NCBI GenBank assembly: GCA_046758505.1
Contig: JBHIAH010000062.1
Span: 1 to 15,083 of the forward strand
Reading direction: 5' to 3'
Length of the DNA: 15,083 nucleotides
Source of the DNA: Candidatus Methylomirabilales bacterium
GTDB lineage: Bacteria > Methylomirabilota > Methylomirabilia > Methylomirabilales > CSP1-5
Part shown: positions 7,366 to 15,083 of the stretch, piece by piece
How positions within the stretch are numbered: position 1 is the stretch's first letter
Layout: each line of letters opens with the position of its first letter
Translations under genes and position numbers: made by a program
Notes under the pieces: model-generated
Database searches by the model: none
Told to the model about the DNA's origin: nothing
What the model saw: the letters and a program-made list of their open reading frames with translations, nothing else

Positions 7366-7378
7366 CGTGAGAGGTAGT

Positions 7379-8920
7379 ATGGAACTTTTCGGCAATCTCC
7401 TGTACGGCTTCAGCATCGCGCTGACCCCCCTGAACTTCATCATGGCGATCCTCGGCGTCGTCCTGGGAACCGCAATCGGCGCCATGCCCGGTCTCGGGTC
7501 CGTCAACGGCGTCGCGATCCTTATCCCGATCACCTTCGCCGTCCCCCCAACCGCGGGGATCATCTTCCTGTCCGCCATCTACTATGGCGCCATGTACGGG
7601 GGCGCCATCAGCTCGATCACCCTGAACATCCCGGGCGCCTCCACGGCCGTCGCAACCACCTTTGACGGCTACCCCATGGCCAAGAAGGGGCGCGCCGCCC
7701 AGGCGCTGGTGGGGGCCGCGGTCAGTTCCTTCATCGGTGGTACCGTTTCGATCATCCTCTTTACCCTCTTCGCGCCCCCGCTCGCCGAGTTTGCCCTGAA
7801 GTTCGGCCCCGCAGAGACCTTCACGCTCATGCTCCTCGCCTACGCCACGTTCGCCGGTCTGGGGGGGGGTAACCCGCTCAAGACGATCGTCGCCACCCTG
7901 ATGGGCCTCATCCTGAGCACCGTCGGCCTGGACATCGTGAGCGGCCGCCCCCGCATGATCTTTGGGGACATCGCCGGCTTCTACCACGGAATCAATTTCC
8001 TGGTCCTCGCCATCGGGCTGTACGGGATCGGCGAGATCCTCTTCACGGCAGAGGAAAGACTGGTCGCCGGCGAGCGATTGCAGGCAAAGGTCCGGCTGCG
8101 GGATATCCTTTCCACCATCAAAGAGATGGCCCGGTACAAGCGGGCCTTCGGAATCGGCTCGCTCCTCGGGTTCTTCGTCGGCATGCTCCCGGCGGCGGGA
8201 GCCACGCCCGCCTCATTCATGAGTTACAGTGTGGTAAAGCGCTTTTCCAAACACCCCGAAGCGTTCGGGACCGGAACGATCGAAGGGGTCATTGCGCCCG
8301 AGACTGCCAACAACGCGGCGAGCACCGGGGCCATGCTCCCGATGCTCACCCTCGGCGTCCCCGGTTCGCCAACGACCGCCGTCATGCTGGGCGCCCTGGT
8401 GGTGTGGGGCCTGCTTCCGGGTCCGATGCTCTTCATTGAGCACCGCGAGTTCGTGTGGGGACTGATCGCCAGTCTCTATATCGCCAACGTCCTCGCGGTG
8501 TTGATCAACCTGTTCGCCATTCCGCTCTTCACCCTGATCCTGTGGCTCCCCTTTACCATCCTGGCACCGCTGATCATCGTCGTCTGCGCGGTGGGGGGAT
8601 ACGCGCCGACCTATAGCGTCTTCGACATGTGGCTCGCCTTCATCTTCGGGCTGGCCGGCTATGTCTTCCGAAAGCTCGACTACCCGCTCGCCCCCATGGT
8701 CCTCGCCCTGGTCCTCGGCCCCGGTACCGAGGTCTCCCTGCGCCAGAGCCTCATCATGTCCCACGGCTCCATCAGCATCTTCTTCGGCTTCGAAGGGGGG
8801 GTGTTCACCCATCCGATCGCCGCGGCCCTCATGTGGACCAGCGTGACTCTGTACGCCCTCCCCGTCGTCGGAGCGTTGATCCGCCTCTTCCGGCGGCGCG
8901 TCGAACTGGCAAAGGCCTAG
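7379..8920 (+). CDS. tctA: Tripartite tricarboxylate transporter large membrane subunit
   Basis: TctA motifs GAMPGLG, YYGAMYGGAISSI..NIPG, DGYPMAKKGRA, APETANNAA, LTLGVPGS and PGPMLF. Highly hydrophobic. GAGAGG precedes ATG 7379. Confidence 0.95.
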   Translation: MELFGNLLYGFSIALTPLNFIMAILGVVLGTAIGAMPGLGSVNGVAILIPITFAVPPTAGIIFLSAIYYGAMYGGAISSITLNIPGASTAVATTFDGYPMAKKGRAAQALVGAAVSSFIGGTVSIILFTLFAPPLAEFALKFGPAETFTLMLLAYATFAGLGGGNPLKTIVATLMGLILSTVGLDIVSGRPRMIFGDIAGFYHGINFLVLAIGLYGIGEILFTAEERLVAGERLQAKVRLRDILSTIKEMARYKRAFGIGSLLGFFVGMLPAAGATPASFMSYSVVKRFSKHPEAFGTGTIEGVIAPETANNAASTGAMLPMLTLGVPGSPTTAVMLGALVVWGLLPGPMLFIEHREFVWGLIASLYIANVLAVLINLFAIPLFTLILWLPFTILAPLIIVVCAVGGYAPTYSVFDMWLAFIFGLAGYVFRKLDYPLAPMVLALVLGPGTEVSLRQSLIMSHGSISIFFGFEGGVFTHPIAAALMWTSVTLYALPVVGALIRLFRRRVELAKA

Positions 8921-8971
8921 CCGGATGCTTTCCGCACCGAGAGGGGTGCGGGCACACGTGTGAGGAGTTTC

Positions 8972-9787
8972 ATGCCAATCGTCGCCATGACAAAAGAGAT
9001 GTGGAGCCTCGGCACCTCCATCGGGCAGGAGGTCGCCCGGCAGCTCGGCTACGAGTTCATCCGGCAAGACATCATCCGGGAGGCGGCGCGGGAGTACCGC
9101 ACGCTGGAAGAAAAGCTCGTCGAGACCCTGGAAGAGAAACCGGGATTTTTCGAGATGCTGAGCGAGACGGCCCGGCGGCACCACATCTTCGTGGCCGCCG
9201 AGGTGTATGAATTTGCGCTGCGGGAGCGGGTGGTGATCATGGGACGGTGGTCCACCCAACTCCTCAGGGGGGTGGATCACGCGGTCCGGATCCGGGTCTG
9301 CGCCCCGATCGACATCCGGGTTCGCCGCCTGATGGAGCGCCTTGGTGTCGGGGAGGCAGAGGCTCGCCGACTGATCCGCCGTTCCGACGAAGGGGTAGCC
9401 AGCCGGATGCACCAGTTCTTCGACGTAGAGTGGGCCGATCCGCTCCTGTATGACCTCAGCATCAATACCGGCAAGGTCTCTGTCACCACGGCGGCGGCCC
9501 AGGTGAATGTGCTGCTCGAGGCCCCCGAGTTTCAGTCAACCGAAGCCTCGGTGAAACAGCTGCAGAACCTCGCCCTGGCCGCAAAGGTCAAAGCCACGCT
9601 GAAGTCCCACCGGGAAACAGCCCGTCTCGATGTGGATGCAGTCGGAAGCGATGGCGAGGTGACCCTTCGAGGAACCGTTCCGGAAATCCTCGACCGCGAT
9701 GAAGCCGAGCGGATCGCCCTGGCAACTCCCGGAGTGCGTGCCCTGAAGAACGAGCTGATCGCGGTCGAAGAACACCGGCGCCTGTGA
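8972..9787 (+). CDS. Cytidylate kinase-like family protein with C-terminal BON domain
   Basis: RBS GAGGAG before ATG 8972. N-terminal motifs IG..VA.QLGY, VIMGR, RIRVCAP...RV.R and DPLLYDLSINT. C-terminal BON-like region GEVTLRGTV.....AERIA...PGV..LKNEL. Confidence 0.85.
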   Translation: MPIVAMTKEMWSLGTSIGQEVARQLGYEFIRQDIIREAAREYRTLEEKLVETLEEKPGFFEMLSETARRHHIFVAAEVYEFALRERVVIMGRWSTQLLRGVDHAVRIRVCAPIDIRVRRLMERLGVGEAEARRLIRRSDEGVASRMHQFFDVEWADPLLYDLSINTGKVSVTTAAAQVNVLLEAPEFQSTEASVKQLQNLALAAKVKATLKSHRETARLDVDAVGSDGEVTLRGTVPEILDRDEAERIALATPGVRALKNELIAVEEHRRL

Positions 9788-9851
9788 GGTCCTCCAAATT
9801 TGGCCAGTGCGCTGCAACCCCGAGGGCTCTGGCCAGACGGGTGCAGCCGAC

Positions 9852-11387
9852 TTATCGCGCTCGCTCAAGCCCCTTGAGATGCTGGCGAACCCACTCCGCG
9901 TCTTCCCCATCCGGGGCCAGCTCAAGGTACCGGCGGTACGCGCGCACGGCCGCCTGCACTTGCCCCCGCCCCTCGTAGATCTCTCCCAGAGCGCGCTGCG
10001 GCTCGGCCAGCTTCGGCCCGTGCGTGATCGCTTTCCGATACGCCGCCTCGGCCGCTGACAGGTCCCCCATCCCGACCAGGACCCGCCCCCACCATGTATA
10101 GGCGATCGCCAGATCGGGGGGAGGGGGAATGTCGATGTCGAGTCCGCCTCCCGTGTCCGGCCCACCCTCGGTAACCTCCCGTGGAGCTTTCTCCAGCAGG
10201 TGGACGCTTCTTTGGAGCGCCGATGCGGCCTCGGGGTACCTCCCCACGGCCGCGTACGCCCGACCGAGGCGATAGTATACTTCGGGATGTGGCGTCACGA
10301 ATTTCGCCGCGCGCGCGTAAGCCGCCACCGCCCGGGGATAGTCGCCCCGGCGCCGCGCGATCTCGCCGAGAAAAAAGTGCGCCCGTCCCTGCTCCGGCTC
10401 AATGCGAATCACCCGCCGAAATGACTTCGCGGCAGCCTCATATTGTTGGAGCCTGAGGCGGACCACGCCGAGCAGGTATGCGATGATCGAACTCTCTGGA
10501 TCGAACTCGGCAGCCCGCGCATAGGCCGCGCTGGCGCGCTGAAGCTCTCCCCGTTCATGATGAATCAAACCGAGGTTCCGCCACGCATCGGCGAACCCCG
10601 GCTGGATCTCGACCGCCGACTGTAACGCGGCGGCAGCCCCATCCAGATCTCCCCGCGCCTTGAGGAGGTTCCCCAGGTAGAACCGGCTCTGGGCATCCCG
10701 CGGATCCAGCTCCGCCGCGCTCCGGTACGCCTCGATGGCCAGGGGAAACTCCCCCCGCCGGATATGAAGCGAGGCAAGCCGTCGATGGGCCAGGGGGAGT
10801 TGGGGATTCACCTGGAGGGCTTTCTCGTAGGACGCGACCGCCAGGTCTAACTTCCCCTGGAGGGTATAGAGATACCCGATAAACAAATAGGGCTTCGCTC
10901 TTTCGGGACCAAGATCGCTGGCTGCCTGAAAGGCTGCAAGGGCCTCCTCGATCCTGCGCTCTTTTGCCAATAGATATGCCCGCCCGTAATGCCCCCAGTA
11001 GTAGCGCGGGTCCAACGCGACGGCCCGATCAAACTCGGCAAGTTGGGAAGCCGGGTCCTCCAGGAGCCGACCGTACAGATAGTGAAATACCGGGCTGTCG
11101 GGCCGCCGGTCCAGCCATGCGCGATACTCTTGGCGAAGTTGCTCCTGCTCCCCACGGGCGGCCAACAGAATGGCCCGCCGCCGATGGGCATCGGTATACT
11201 CCGGTCGCAATCGGATCGCCTCCTGGTAGCTTCGCAGGGCCTTCTCGACCTGTCCCGCCTCCTCCTGCCCCCGGCCACGCTGAAACGCCTGCGCTGCGCG
11301 CACCCGCCTATCCGGCGCATCGCACGCCACCAGGGCCACCATGAGGCTAAGCACCGCGACTATTCGCCAGGGGGCCGTGTCTTGCAC
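9852..11387 (-). CDS. Tetratricopeptide-repeat lipoprotein
   Basis: GTG start with GGAG upstream. Hydrophobic signal with lipobox LVA-C. More than 10 TPR units, for example A...YEKALQVNP and AWRNLGLI...GE...A..AY.RA...DP. Confidence 0.85.
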   Translation of the reverse strand: MQDTAPWRIVAVLSLMVALVACDAPDRRVRAAQAFQRGRGQEEAGQVEKALRSYQEAIRLRPEYTDAHRRRAILLAARGEQEQLRQEYRAWLDRRPDSPVFHYLYGRLLEDPASQLAEFDRAVALDPRYYWGHYGRAYLLAKERRIEEALAAFQAASDLGPERAKPYLFIGYLYTLQGKLDLAVASYEKALQVNPQLPLAHRRLASLHIRRGEFPLAIEAYRSAAELDPRDAQSRFYLGNLLKARGDLDGAAAALQSAVEIQPGFADAWRNLGLIHHERGELQRASAAYARAAEFDPESSIIAYLLGVVRLRLQQYEAAAKSFRRVIRIEPEQGRAHFFLGEIARRRGDYPRAVAAYARAAKFVTPHPEVYYRLGRAYAAVGRYPEAASALQRSVHLLEKAPREVTEGGPDTGGGLDIDIPPPPDLAIAYTWWGRVLVGMGDLSAAEAAYRKAITHGPKLAEPQRALGEIYEGRGQVQAAVRAYRRYLELAPDGEDAEWVRQHLKGLERAR

Positions 11388-11398
11388 AAACTTGTCTC

Positions 11399-11598
11399 CA
11401 GCGGTCGGCGGTCAGCGATCATCTTGAAGCTGTCAGCAGCCGTCAGCAAGGATGAAATCTCAGCATTCAGCAATCAGCAGTCAGCTTGGAAATCCCGAAG
11501 CTGATAGCTGACAGCTAACCGCTGATGGCTTTAAGATTGCTCACTGCTGCCAGCTGCCTGCTTGCCCTTTATTGTTGACTGCGGACAGCTGACGGCTG
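11399..11598. repeat. Nested inverted arrays of TCAGCNN / NNGCTGA heptamer repeats
   Basis: Inner arms TCAGCAT-TCAGCAA-TCAGCAG-TCAGCTT (11460-11487) and AAGCTGA-TAGCTGA-CAGCTAA-CCGCTGA (11498-11525). Outer arms CAGCGGT-CGGCGGT-CAGCGAT (11399-11419) and GTTGACT-GCGGACA-GCTGACG-GCTG (11574-11598). Confidence 0.8.
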
Positions 11599-13260
11599 TC
11601 AGTATCCCAACGCCAGGCCGTCGCCCCGCGGATCGGCCGCTCCCTGCCGGACCCCGGTCTCGGGATCGATGAGGATCGCCTGCGCATGCCCCATGAGATC
11701 GTCCCAGGCCTCCACGACCCGGACCGGCTGCCCCCGACGTCTGAGCGCCTCCACCACGGACGGCGGGATCCGCGCCTCCAAGAGGAGATCGGTGCTCGTC
11801 ATCCCCCAGGTGCGGCCGTACAGCCAGCGCGGCGCTTCAACCGCTTCCTGGAGACCAAACCCAAAATCAACGATGCGGGTCACCAGGGCCGATTGCGTCT
11901 GGGGCTGGCCCTCGCCGCCCATGGTGCCGTACACCAGGAAGAGGCGATCGTCCTTGAGGAGGATTGCGGGGATCAGGGTGTGAAACGTTCGCTTCCGGGG
12001 CTGAAGACAGTTGACATGGGTCGGATCGAGCGAGAAAAAAGTCCCCCGATTCTGGAGGAGGACCCCCGTGTCCCCCGCCACGATCCCGGACCCGAAGTCG
12101 AAATAGATGCTCTGTAACATCGACACACCGTTCCCCGCGGCATCGACCGTGCCGATATAGACCGTATCCCCTTTCACCAGCCCGGGCTCGTAGCGTGCCA
12201 CCGCCCTGGCCATGTCGATCCGTCGGGCCCGATCCTGCGTGTACCGCGGGGAGAGGAGGCGATCCAGGGGAATCCGGCTACAGGCGGGATCGGTCACCCA
12301 CTGATCGCGGTCGGCGAAGGCCAGCTTCGTGGCCTCCACTTGCAGATGATAGTACTCCGTGGTCCCCTCTCCCACCCGTTCCAAATCGAAGTGGCTCAGA
12401 ATGCCCAGGATCATCAGGGCGGCCACCCCCTGGGTATTCGGCGGAAATCCATGCACCCCGTATCCGCGGTAATTCACCCGAATCGGCTCAACCCAATCGG
12501 AATGGTGGTTGTAGAAGTCCCGTTCCGTCAGGACGCCACCGTGCCTATCGAGGTACCGGACGATCCGCCGCGTGATGTCCCCCTCATAAAAGAAACGACC
12601 GCCCCCGTACGCAATGGTCTTGAGGGTGCGGGCGAGATCCGGCTGCTTCATGACCTCGCCCGGCCGATACGGTTGCCCATCGGGCTTGAGAAACGTGCGC
12701 CGGAACCCTTCCCATCGCTGGAGTCCCCGCAGGGGGTCGGCGGTCTCCCCGATGTCTCGGGCGGTCCACACCGCCTGGCTCGGGGTGACCGGGTATCCGG
12801 CCTCGGCGTATCCCACGGCCTCCTCAAAGAGGGAGGACCACAAAACGCGGGTCCCCAAGCTCCAGCGCCCGTACTCGTGGGCGGTCGCCCATCCATCCAC
12901 CGCCCCGGGCACCGTATTGGCCGCCAGGAACCCTCGGGGAGGGATGGCGTCCAAATTGCCCATCCGTTGGTACAGGTCGATCGTACATCGCTCTCCCGAT
13001 CGCCCCGACCCGTTCAGGGCGCGGACGGTTCGTGTCTTGGCATCGTAAATCAACCAGAAGTTGTCCCCGCCAAGACTGCACATGTGCGGATACACGACAG
13101 AGCAGACGGCTGCAGCCGCGATGGCGGCATCAACGGCGTTTCCCCCGGCCTGGAGGACCCGGAGGCCGGCGGCCGAGGCCAGGTAATGGGGGGTCGCCAC
13201 CATCCCCCGGGTGGCCAGGACGGTCGGTCGATGCGCAGTGGCACCTGCCGGAGGTTTCAT
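11599..13260 (-). CDS. Gamma-glutamyltransferase-family Ntn-hydrolase, HpxW (oxamate amidohydrolase)/YwrD-like
   Basis: GMVATPHYLAS..G...L..GGNAVDAAIA, VVYPHM.SLGGD, autoproteolysis site GD/TVY, QSIYFDFGSG, LQNRG..FSLDP, FHTLIP, MGGEGQPQTQ, PRWLYGRTWG and ADPRGDG. Start is either 13260 (GGAGG upstream) or 13278. Confidence 0.9.
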   Translation of the reverse strand: MKPPAGATAHRPTVLATRGMVATPHYLASAAGLRVLQAGGNAVDAAIAAAAVCSVVYPHMCSLGGDNFWLIYDAKTRTVRALNGSGRSGERCTIDLYQRMGNLDAIPPRGFLAANTVPGAVDGWATAHEYGRWSLGTRVLWSSLFEEAVGYAEAGYPVTPSQAVWTARDIGETADPLRGLQRWEGFRRTFLKPDGQPYRPGEVMKQPDLARTLKTIAYGGGRFFYEGDITRRIVRYLDRHGGVLTERDFYNHHSDWVEPIRVNYRGYGVHGFPPNTQGVAALMILGILSHFDLERVGEGTTEYYHLQVEATKLAFADRDQWVTDPACSRIPLDRLLSPRYTQDRARRIDMARAVARYEPGLVKGDTVYIGTVDAAGNGVSMLQSIYFDFGSGIVAGDTGVLLQNRGTFFSLDPTHVNCLQPRKRTFHTLIPAILLKDDRLFLVYGTMGGEGQPQTQSALVTRIVDFGFGLQEAVEAPRWLYGRTWGMTSTDLLLEARIPPSVVEALRRRGQPVRVVEAWDDLMGHAQAILIDPETGVRQGAADPRGDGLALGY

Positions 13261-13280
13261 CTCCCGTTCCCCCTCCATGA

Positions 13281-14606
13281 CTAATACCACCCCACCAGGC
13301 GGGGGAGCCAGAGGGCGATCTCGGGGAACATCAAGAGAATAGCCAAGCCGACGAGCTGCAACGCCACAAAGGGGACGATCCCTCGATAAATATGGCTGGT
13401 CCTCACTTCGGGAGGCGCGACACCTTTCAGGAAAAAGAGTGACCATCCGAAGGGAGGCGTCAGGAAGGAGGTCTGCAGGTTCATGCAGATCACGATGGAA
13501 AACCAGAGGAGGTCAATGCCCATCTTGTCCAGGACCGGTGTGATGATCGGCACCACGATGTAGGTAATCTCAATCCATTCCAGAAAGAACCCGAGGAAGA
13601 ACAGGAGGGCCATGATAAAGGCGATCACGCCCCACTTCCCACCCGGCATGCCGCCGAGGACGTCGTGGACCAGGATGTCCCCGTCCAGCCCGCGAAAGGC
13701 CAGGCCAAAGACCCGGGCCCCCACCACGATGATCATCACCAGACAGGTCAGCCGGGCAGTACGCCGATTGACCTCGCGAATTCGCTGCATCGTCAACCGG
13801 CCGTTCACGGCCGTGATCAGGATAGCCCCGAGGGCGCCCATAGATGCCGCCTCGGTCGGGGCGGCGATGCCGAAGATGATCGATCCGAGCACGGCCACGA
13901 TCAAAGCGCTCACAGGAAAAAGAACCTTCACGGCCCGGATGAACAGGTCTCGCCTGCTGATGCTTGCCCGCTCCTCCAAGGGGATCGCCGGAGCTATCTT
14001 CGGGTAGAGAAAGGATCCGATTGTAATCGCAACGACAAAAATGCCGGCCAGCATAAAGCCGGGAATAAAGGCGGCCACGAAGATGGCGCCCACCGACAGG
14101 CCGAGAATATCGGCCAACACGATGAGGACGAGGCTGGGTGGAATGATCTGGCCGAGGGTTCCCGAGGCACAGATGGTTCCCGTCGCCAGCTCCGGCAGAT
14201 ACCTCCGGCGAAGCATGCTGGGAAGCGATAAGAGGCCCATCGTCACCACCGTGGCCCCCACAATCCCCGTCGACGCCCCCAGCAAAGCTCCGACGACCAC
14301 GACCGAAATTGCGAGCCCCCCCCGCACCTCACCGAAAAGGAGTCCCATCGTCTCGAGCAGGTCCTCGGCCACGCCTGACACCTCGAGCATCACTCCCATG
14401 TAGACGAACAAGGGAATAGCCAGGAGAGTGTAATTGGCCATCACACCGTACACTCGGAGCGGCAACAGGTTGAACAGATCGAAACCGAATCCAAGCATGC
14501 CGAAGATCAAACCAACTGCCCCCAGGGTAAAGGCCACAGGATAGCCCAGCATCAACATGCCGAGGAGCCCCACGACCATCAGGACGGCCAGCGTTTCAAG
14601 CGGCAT
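13281..14606 (-). CDS. dctM: TRAP transporter large permease (FcbT3/TakP-associated type)
   Basis: GYPVAFTLG, LLAIPLF..MG..LE.SG.AEDL, GIVGATVV.MG..SLP.ML, GTLGQIIPPS, PTEAA and NLQTSFLTPPFG..LF.LKGVAP. The ATG at 14606 overlaps the end of dctQ. Confidence 0.95.
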   Translation of the reverse strand: MPLETLAVLMVVGLLGMLMLGYPVAFTLGAVGLIFGMLGFGFDLFNLLPLRVYGVMANYTLLAIPLFVYMGVMLEVSGVAEDLLETMGLLFGEVRGGLAISVVVVGALLGASTGIVGATVVTMGLLSLPSMLRRRYLPELATGTICASGTLGQIIPPSLVLIVLADILGLSVGAIFVAAFIPGFMLAGIFVVAITIGSFLYPKIAPAIPLEERASISRRDLFIRAVKVLFPVSALIVAVLGSIIFGIAAPTEAASMGALGAILITAVNGRLTMQRIREVNRRTARLTCLVMIIVVGARVFGLAFRGLDGDILVHDVLGGMPGGKWGVIAFIMALLFFLGFFLEWIEITYIVVPIITPVLDKMGIDLLWFSIVICMNLQTSFLTPPFGWSLFFLKGVAPPEVRTSHIYRGIVPFVALQLVGLAILLMFPEIALWLPRLVGWY

Positions 14607-15083
14607 GGGTCTTCTCCTCTCCTTCTGAAACTTCCTCGCCCTCGAGGCCGAGCAACCGACAGAGGCTATGGAGCGCCATCGAGACGCCCTGCAGTCCGAG
14701 GAGCGCAAACCCGATGGGCATTATGGCCTTCAGAATGTAGCGGGCCGGAAGTCCCCCGGGATCAGGCGACCCCTCCCCTGCCGCCCACGAGGCACCGATA
14801 AAGCTCCACGAGGTCCAGATGATGATGATACAGACCGGGATGAGGAAGAGGAGGGAACCGACAAAATCAACGTACGCCCTAGTCCTCGCCGAGAACCGCG
14901 AATAGAGGATATCCACCCGGACGTGTTCGTCATACACCAGCGTATAGGCCGCGGTGAGTAAAAAGAGCGGGCCGAAGAGATGCCACTCGAGCTCCTGCAT
15001 GGCAACCGAGCCCCTGTGGAACAGGTACCGGACGATCACATTCCACGCCACCACGAGGACCAACACCAATGCGATCCATGAGG
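14596..15083 (-). CDS. dctQ: TRAP transporter small permease (FcbT2 type), 5'-truncated by the window edge
   Basis: The frame is open to the window end. Motifs V..RY.F, QELEWHL, HVRVDILY, GEGSPDPGGLP, and G..LLGLQG.S. Confidence 0.92.
   Translation of the reverse strand, partial: SWIALVLVLVVAWNVIVRYLFHRGSVAMQELEWHLFGPLFLLTAAYTLVYDEHVRVDILYSRFSARTRAYVDFVGSLLFLIPVCIIIIWTSWSFIGASWAAGEGSPDPGGLPARYILKAIMPIGFALLGLQGVSMALHSLCRLLGLEGEEVSEGEEKTHAA

Noticed and set aside
7181..9412. Minus-strand ORFs 7181-7987 and 8213-9412
   Set aside because: They are antisense shadows of tctA and the kinase-like gene.
9788..9851. Bidirectional terminator between the convergent genes
   Set aside because: There are only short, widely spaced inverted matches (TGGCCAG/CTGGCCA) and no U-tracts.
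11399..11598. CRISPR array
   Set aside because: The units are 7 bp and tandem or inverted, with no unique spacers and no cas genes.
12340..14403. Plus-strand ORFs 12340-13284, 13665-14231 and similar
   Set aside because: They are antisense to the Ntn-hydrolase and dctM genes and have no domain signatures.

Overview
A GC-rich bacterial window with two convergent catabolic blocks. On the + strand, a secreted DUF1080 protein is followed by a FadR/GntR regulator whose palindromic operator overlaps a sigma70 promoter. Next come a three-subunit oxalate-oxidoreductase-like 2-oxoacid:ferredoxin oxidoreductase (gamma-delta fusion, alpha, beta), a tripartite tricarboxylate transporter (tctCBA), and a cytidylate-kinase-like/BON-domain protein. 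On the - strand are TRAP dctQ (partial) and dctM, an HpxW/YwrD-type Ntn-hydrolase (gamma-glutamyltransferase family, oxamate amidohydrolase-like), and a TPR lipoprotein. The oxidoreductase keeps the OOR signatures (YPIRP, no CoA P-loop) but seems to have Ala in place of the OOR catalytic Asp and an Asp in the beta NTG motif. This suggests a variant CoA-independent enzyme, possibly part of an oxamate/oxalate/glyoxylate pathway with the amidohydrolase. Non-coding features include a roughly 100-bp MITE inserted in the tctB stop codon, a terminator-like hairpin before tctA, and nested inverted heptamer repeats. All comparisons with reference proteins are from memory and need to be confirmed by alignment.
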